Source of the DNA: Nitrospirota bacterium
GTDB taxonomy: Bacteria; JACPQY01
Length of the DNA stretch: 64,000 nucleotides
Assembly: GCA_016180645.1 (NCBI GenBank)
Contig: JACPAV010000016.1
Location: 1 to 64,000 of the forward strand
Direction: 5' to 3'
This document shows positions 59,001 to 64,000 of this stretch, piece by piece (position 1 is the stretch's first letter; every line of letters starts with the position of its first letter). Position numbers and translations under genes: made by a program. A model generated the notes under the pieces. It had not been told where the DNA came from. It did no database searches and was given only the letters and a program-made list of their open reading frames with translations.

Positions 59001-62000
59001 CAATCTCGTGTCCGGGAGAAGGGGTGCATGCCGTGCCGAGGTTGAACGTCCCGGCGCCCACGGAAAGCGCTCCGTTCACGTGGAGACATGCGTTTGCGGT
59101 CGCTGTGCCGCTTCCGCTCACGGTCAGGTTGAAGAAGTTGTTCGCGGCCGCGTGCGAGAGGGTCTGCGAGGAGCCGTCGAAGATGATCGTACCCGTGGTC
59201 GGCGCGAAGGCGCCCGCCGCGTCGGTCCAGTTCCCGGCCACCGTGTGAGTCAGGGCTGTGCCGGCGCCGAACGTTCCGGAAGCGAGGGTGAAGTTCCCGT
59301 TGATGTCCAGCGTGGCGCCCGCGGTGGCCATCGCCGTCGATTTGGTGATCGTGAGATGGTAGTAGGTGGCCCCCGGGATCACCACGCCCACGGCCGTATC
59401 GAAATTGAAAGTCCCCGTTCCGGCACTGAGGGTTCCCCAGATCGGCGTCGTGGCGCTGCCGTAGAAGACGGTCCCGGTGTTTCCGTTGAGAGACCCACCC
59501 GTGCCGTCGAGCGCCCCATTCTGGTCGAGGGTCCCCGTATTCACGTTGATCGTCGCATTGTTGTCGAACAGTCCCGCCACAACGAGGGTGCTGGAGGAAA
59601 GATTGATCGTTCCGTTGTTGGTCACACCGCCCGAGACCGTGTGCGACAGTCCGGCCCCGAGGTCCACCGTACCCGACGTCACGGTAAGATTGTTGTCCAG
59701 GGTGAAGGACGCGCCCAAGGTGGCCGTTTGTGCTCCCTTGCTCACTTTCAGATCGTAGAATTCGGGGCTCGGACCGGGATCGACGATGGTTTGTCCTGCG
59801 CCGGTCGAATCGAAGTCAATGGTTCCCGTCCCCCGGTTGAATGTGCCCCAAATGATGTTGGCGCCGTTGCCGTAGCGCAGCGTCCCCGAATTGCCGTTGA
59901 GCGTGCCCCCTGTTCCATCGAACGCGCCGTTCTGGTCGAGGATGCCGGAGTTCAAGTTCAGGATCGCGTTGTTGTCGAACAACCCGCCGACCGTCAACGT
60001 GCTGCTCGACAGGTTCGTGGTGGCGTTGTTCGTCCACGCCCCGCCGGCGCTGTGAGAAAGACCGGATCCCAGGTCGAGCGTGCCTCCGCTCACGGTCACC
60101 GCGCCGTTGATGGAAAGATTCGAGAGCGCGGTCAGCGTCACGGCCGCCGTCGGCGCATACGTCACATTGTAGAAATTCTGTCCCGAGGTGATCTTGACGG
60201 ATTGGCTTGCGGCGCCGTCAAAAATGAACGTTCCGGCCGCCGGCGCGAACGATCCGCCTGCGCTCGAATCCCAGTTTCCGGCTTCGTTGTGCGCGAACGT
60301 GGAGGGATCGAATGTCCCCGCCAGAAGCGCAAGATTGCCGTTGATGTCGAGTGTCCCTCCGGCCGTGGCCGCGCTTCCTCCCGACTTGTTGATTTTGAGG
60401 TTGTAGTACGTAAGGGTGGGAATCGTTTGGGCTCCCGCGCCGTTCCATTCGATCGTTCCGTTCGGCGCGGTCACGGTTCCCGTGGCGACGGTCAGCGCTC
60501 CGCCGATCTTCAAGACGCCCGATTCACCCAGGAAATCGACGATCCCGCCGCCGGTCAGATCCACGTTTCCTTCGGCCGTGACGGTGGTCCCGGTCTTCAG
60601 CTTGAGCGCGGCCTGATTGCTGGAGATCCGGATCGGTCCTTGGACCACGACGCTTCCGCTTTGGAGCTGGAAACTCCCGCTCTGGATCAGCAGCTCGTTC
60701 TGGATCGTCAGCGTGGAGGTGGATGTGAGCAAGATGTTGATGTCGAGCCCGCCCGATCCTTTGTTCACGACGATGCGGTACAGAGAGCCGCCGCTGGATT
60801 GGACCGATTTGGAAATCTCCCCTTCGAACTTGAGTGTGCCCGTGTCCGCGTTCAACGTGCCGTCGTTCTGGAAATCGCCCGAGACGGAGAGATCCTTGTT
60901 GGACAGGCTGATTTGCGCCCCTTGATTGATGGTCATGGTGATCACCGCGGCATTGACATCCAGAACCGGATAGGGAGTAAAGTTCTGAATGACCACGTCC
61001 TGGCTCGATGTGGGGGGAGCGCCGGTGGACCAGTTGGCGCCGAGGCTCCACTGGTTCGTGCCTCCCCCCGCCGTCCACTTGGCCGCGTCGATCCAACTCA
61101 CCGTTACGTTCGACGCATCCCAGTCATACGCCTCCCCCGTGGCGACGGGGGCGCAGCCGGCCCCCGTCGCATTCGAGATGAGAATGGTTACGGCCGCGCC
61201 CGCATCCGCGGTGACGACGTTTCCGGTTGCGGCGCCCGGCGTTCCGGAGCCCTGGTAGGACGTGTCACAGAAGAGGTTCGGGAACTGGAAGGTGGTCGGG
61301 GTCGCAATTCCGGCGGTCAACTGCATGTTGAGCGCAATCCCTCCGGATCCGCCGTTGTTGCTCAGCGAGCGGAACTCCATGTTCCCGATGTAGAGAATGT
61401 CCGTGCCGGAATTCAGACGGAAGCCGTTGGCATCCGCCGATTCGAACACGAAGCCGTGGACGTCCACTTTCGACCCGGAGTTTGCCGTCAATGAATAGAA
61501 GTTCGTGCCGACGGCGCCGGACGTGGTCATCCTCGGCTTGACGGCGGTCCCGCCCGTCCACGAGGTGGCGAATTTCCCGTTCGCGCCGTTGATCGTCACC
61601 GACTTCGCGCTACCCATCTTGAGGACGCTGCTGTCCTCCATCTTCAGCGTCCCTCCGGCGTTTACGGTCAGGTTGTCGCCGACCGTCAGTGTCGAACTGA
61701 GGAGGTTCAGCGTGCCCGACACGCTCGTCGTTCCGGCAACCGAATGGATGAGCGAGCTTCCAAGAGTGAACACGCCTGTGGTTACAGCCAGATTGCCGCT
61801 CACGCCAATGCCGGTGGACGCCGTCACCGTCCCCGTGCCGGCGACCGCAAGATGGTAGAAGGTTTGGCCCGCCGCCAGGGCGATCGCTTGAGACGTTCCA
61901 TCCAGCGTGACGGTTCCCGCCGCCGGAGCGAACGTTCCGCCCGCGGTGGAGCTCCAGTTTCCGTAAAGCGTATGGGAGAACGTGGAGGGCTCGAATGTGC

Positions 62001-63999
62001 CGGACGTCAGCGTGAAGTTCCCGTTGATATCCAGCCCGCCGCCGGCCGTGACCGAACCTCCACTCTTGGACACCGCAAGGTCGAAATACGTGTCCGCCGG
62101 AACGGTTGCGCTGGAAGCGCCGTCGAATTCGACCGTTCCGCTCGCTTCGTTCAGCGTTCCCCACACGGGCGTCGCGCCGCTGCCGTACCGGAGGCGACCC
62201 GTGTTGAGATTGAGAGTGCCGCCCGTCCCATCGAAAGCCCCGTTCTGGTCCACGGTGCCGGGCCCTACGTTCAGCGTGGCATTGTTGTCGAAGAGGCCGT
62301 TCGCGGTGAGAAGAGTACCGGAGAGATCCATCGTGACCGTCGCGTTGTTCGTCAGAGTCCCGCCTACGGTCATGTTTCGCGCGGAGGCGTCGTCCAGATT
62401 AAGCGTGCCCGACGTGACGGTCAGATTTCCATTCAGAGTCAGGTTGCCGGTGACGGTCTTCGTCGAGCCGGAAAGAGTCATCGAGTTGTACTGGTTCCAT
62501 GTCGCATCCGTCAGCGCGGGGATGTTCTGGGCGGTGGACCCGTCGAACTGGATCGTGCCGGTGTTGAGCGGAGCGGCCGCGTCACGCAGTTGAAGCCCCG
62601 CGGCGGAGAGCGTGTCGCCCACCTTGAGGAGACCCGTTCCGGACCATTCGATCCCCAGCGTGGAGCCGGAGCCCGGTGTCACGTGGCGATCCACATCCAG
62701 CGCGCCCGTGCTGATCGTGGCCGCGCCGTTTTGAGACGCGTCGTTCACCACGTCCTTGGCCACGGCCACCGTGTAGCCGCCGATCGCAAACGTCCCCGCG
62801 GCCAGTTTCAGGTTGTTCGAGATGCCGAGATTGGACCCCGCCGACTTGGCGCCCGACGCGTCCACGGTCAGATTGTAGAAATCGCCCGAGCCGGAGGACG
62901 TCACGGTCGCGGCGCCACCTGCCAAGGCGACGGTGGTGTTGCCGATGACAAAATTGCCGGAATCGGACCAGTTGCCCGAGACGCTGAGGGTCGGGGCTCC
63001 GGTCGCGCCGGCGTCGAGCGTGCCGTTGGCGCCGATCGTCACCGTTCCGCTCACGGATACGTCCGGATCGGCCGGACCATTCGAGACGATGAGGAAGCTG
63101 GCCGCGGTCCCCCCGGTGCCCAAGCTCAGGGACCCGGCGGTGAGGGACGACGTTTTCAAATCGACCATGCCTCCATTCAGGGTCATGGAGCCGGACACGG
63201 AGTGCGAAAGCACCGACCCTCCGTCCAGGTTCAGCGTGCCGGCCTGGACGGTGAGTCCGCCCGAGACCGTCAGCGCGCCCAAGGCGGTAACGCTTCCTCC
63301 TACGCCGTTGTTGACGGTGAGATTGTAGAAATTGGATGGGGTGGCGACATTCTGAGGCGCCGTGCCGCCGAAGGTCACCGTGCCGGTCCGTTCGGTGAAA
63401 CTTCCGGTGCGCGTCCAATGCCCCTTGACTTCAAGATTGTACGAGGAGGCCGACGCATCGAGCGTGGCGCCGGAGGCGATCTCGACGTTGTTTCCGACCG
63501 CATTGGAGCCGGTCTGGTGGCATCCGAGGGAGTAGGTCGCCGCGGAGCTGAATTTCAGGTTGTAGTAAGGTTCGCAGGGAATCGTCTGACTGGTTCCATT
63601 GAAGTGGAAGGTTCCGGTGCCGGTGACGTTTGCGGCAGCAGGCTGATTGTCGGTCACGGCTCCAGACGTCTGGAAAGTTCCGGTTCCCAGATTCAGCACC
63701 GAGCCTGAACTGAGCACGACGCTTCCGGACCCCGCATAGGTTGTGGAGCCGAGGTTCAGCGTCCCGCCGATCGTGGTCGTTCCGGCCGCGGTCAGGTTCA
63801 CGGACGGCAGCGTAATGCTGTTGGACCCGATGGTGAGATGGTTGATCGTGAACGATCCGGACCCGCCGATGGTTTGCGAGGCCGCCGAGGATGGGCTCAT
63901 GGAGAGCGTGCCGGAACCTGCACTGAGCGCGCCGTCGTTGGTCAGATTTCCAAGCAGGGTCAAGGATGATGTCCCCACCGCGAGGGTCGCGGACGATTC
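56035..63999 (-). CDS. Giant (>2650 aa) G/S/T/N-rich beta-strand-repeat surface protein with a C-terminal PQQ/BamB-like propeller; 5' end lies outside the window
   Basis: Frame is open to the window edge; repeats FYNLTV, GLFDNNATLN..DQNGAFDGTGGTLN (x3), WxxxxNWxxGxxP; C-terminal KSTPLLYNNIAYFGSNNGKFYAVD. Confidence 0.85.
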   Translation of the reverse strand, partial: ESSATLAVGTSSLTLLGNLTNDGALSAGSGTLSMSPSSAASQTIGGSGSFTINHLTIGSNSITLPSVNLTAAGTTTIGGTLNLGSTTYAGSGSVVLSSGSVLNLGTGTFQTSGAVTDNQPAAANVTGTGTFHFNGTSQTIPCEPYYNLKFSSAATYSLGCHQTGSNAVGNNVEIASGATLDASASSYNLEVKGHWTRTGSFTERTGTVTFGGTAPQNVATPSNFYNLTVNNGVGGSVTALGALTVSGGLTVQAGTLNLDGGSVLSHSVSGSMTLNGGMVDLKTSSLTAGSLSLGTGGTAASFLIVSNGPADPDVSVSGTVTIGANGTLDAGATGAPTLSVSGNWSDSGNFVIGNTTVALAGGAATVTSSGSGDFYNLTVDASGAKSAGSNLGISNNLKLAAGTFAIGGYTVAVAKDVVNDASQNGAATISTGALDVDRHVTPGSGSTLGIEWSGTGLLKVGDTLSAAGLQLRDAAAPLNTGTIQFDGSTAQNIPALTDATWNQYNSMTLSGSTKTVTGNLTLNGNLTVTSGTLNLDDASARNMTVGGTLTNNATVTMDLSGTLLTANGLFDNNATLNVGPGTVDQNGAFDGTGGTLNLNTGRLRYGSGATPVWGTLNEASGTVEFDGASSATVPADTYFDLAVSKSGGSVTAGGGLDINGNFTLTSGTFEPSTFSHTLYGNWSSTAGGTFAPAAGTVTLDGTSQAIALAAGQTFYHLAVAGTGTVTASTGIGVSGNLAVTTGVFTLGSSLIHSVAGTTSVSGTLNLLSSTLTVGDNLTVNAGGTLKMEDSSVLKMGSAKSVTINGANGKFATSWTGGTAVKPRMTTSGAVGTNFYSLTANSGSKVDVHGFVFESADANGFRLNSGTDILYIGNMEFRSLSNNGGSGGIALNMQLTAGIATPTTFQFPNLFCDTSYQGSGTPGAATGNVVTADAGAAVTILISNATGAGCAPVATGEAYDWDASNVTVSWIDAAKWTAGGGTNQWSLGANWSTGAPPTSSQDVVIQNFTPYPVLDVNAAVITMTINQGAQISLSNKDLSVSGDFQNDGTLNADTGTLKFEGEISKSVQSSGGSLYRIVVNKGSGGLDINILLTSTSTLTIQNELLIQSGSFQLQSGSVVVQGPIRISSNQAALKLKTGTTVTAEGNVDLTGGGIVDFLGESGVLKIGGALTVATGTVTAPNGTIEWNGAGAQTIPTLTYYNLKINKSGGSAATAGGTLDINGNLALLAGTFDPSTFAHNEAGNWDSSAGGSFAPAAGTFIFDGAASQSVKITSGQNFYNVTYAPTAAVTLTALSNLSINGAVTVSGGTLDLGSGLSHSAGGAWTNNATTNLSSSTLTVGGLFDNNAILNLNSGILDQNGAFDGTGGTLNGNSGTLRYGNGANIIWGTFNRGTGTIDFDSTGAGQTIVDPGPSPEFYDLKVSKGAQTATLGASFTLDNNLTVTSGTVDLGAGLSHTVSGGVTNNGTINLSSSTLVVAGLFDNNATINVNTGTLDQNGALDGTGGSLNGNTGTVFYGSATTPIWGTLSAGTGTFNFDTAVGVVIPGATYYHLTITKSTAMATAGATLDINGNFTLASGTFGAGTALTHTVAGNWTDAAGAFAPTTGTIIFDGSSQTLSHAAANNFFNLTVSGSGTATANACLHVNGALSVGAGTFNLGTACTPSPGHEIAGTTTVSGTLNMGTSVLTASGDVTVNSAGTLKMDGTSSAKPILRMANGKTITVNGTLATTIVSASQKPRITSTSDTGPPSSACGATFGFAAGSTGGTLDVDGLDFRCANASGLTLGANLATFTRMNRADFKFVNGTDPRHLRVLKPTANYAFDSNTFDCSFKGYPIPGTCPTTGSGYNVSTVVGAALTFSNYGGAGGGETWDEDSVGTINWSSNAQWTGSVSCNWSDAGNWDTGAVPEALTNVTIPDIGATACGGGGPYDPDVNASASANNIVINSGGLLEQLTATTLDAAGNVTINTGGAYTLNHASGRLKVGGVWSRSGAFNQTAGTVEFTGSALLNTETFSLPVVVTGSSVALAPAATVTVNNTSSANDLDVQAAGSFNLGNNGTLKLAGGAKANVAGTFRATSATAKVTSVTSGCPALGDRFDFQVSGTVNVTGLTFECGDAQGFEVSSAASITALENVAFQNAQASSCPCAHMSITRSGNFTKNLMGLSFDAANASGTPYNISLTNSGAAGTIAKLQVAKAAVPGAGWGENFEREINDCPSGDPKACVNWLETISNDVAGKTRGFPAPILDSSGNLLGIIVADDRGVGSDWIVAMDANGTKTSEQQVSGDITTAPYVFNSSAFGGAQIWIGTNSGNLYRFLWSGGTLTLATGFPVAVGNSITTGLSGGIPSGWTSPSCAADDPTGSGGTFFFAGTFNTDSGVKPAVFGYNICGGCQLRYYDCIGGSWTTASTPTLLNNKIWIGTDSEGVLRISNGGGTLDEGTGCGVSTCPYSGTATISGYHDAGPGGRGAANNSVVNGAMVANAGLVEFFFASGDDAPTDSRLYSIDVATLNSSANFPVNYADGANSGVESSVGRIGGNIYFGANNGILYGYTFSTGAVISGGGRNLNATNPSAPQSSGGADNAVKSTPLLYNNIAYFGSNNGKFYAVDIGAGSALGQVCKSWDLGNPISSQPSRMTIGGNQRITIGTDSGGWYSLAPATCP

Positions 64000-64000
64000 A

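Overview
GC-rich bacterial chromosomal window. Gene order (rpsF-ssb-rpsR-DUF2232-rplI-dnaB; motA-motB-motB-fliLMNOPQR-flhBAF-fliA; rpsU-dnaG-rpoD-tRNA-zinc ribbon-rnhA-rnpB) resembles deltaproteobacteria-like lineages (inference from synteny only). Left to right: a nonsense-disrupted HEPN toxin gene, three nucleotide-sugar genes, a 1636-aa RCC1-repeat lipoprotein, tRNA-Thr(CGU) with a ~5.9-kb integrase-bearing satellite-like element inserted at its 3' end (47-bp att duplication, arm-type repeats, candidate origin), replication/ribosomal genes, a flagellar motor/export cluster without flhG, the macromolecular synthesis operon, accBC, a PIN/RHH toxin-antitoxin pair, gyrA, an alpha/beta hydrolase, a lone nuoN, a FapA-FadL-FapA-queG cluster, an OmpA-family protein, cstA and the 3' part of a >2650-aa surface protein. 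Most notable: (1) a 90-nt structured repeat with a compensatory base change, inserted in frame, in two different phases, in dnaG and in the hydrolase gene; (2) a tRNA-Ile with the rare UAU anticodon; (3) a ~620-nt RNase P RNA that appears to lack P13, P14 and P18 while carrying long insertions; (4) repeated -10 boxes 6-7 nt upstream of start codons, suggesting widespread leaderless translation; (5) both toxin genes in the window look disabled or attenuated. All calls were made by eye, with no database searches.
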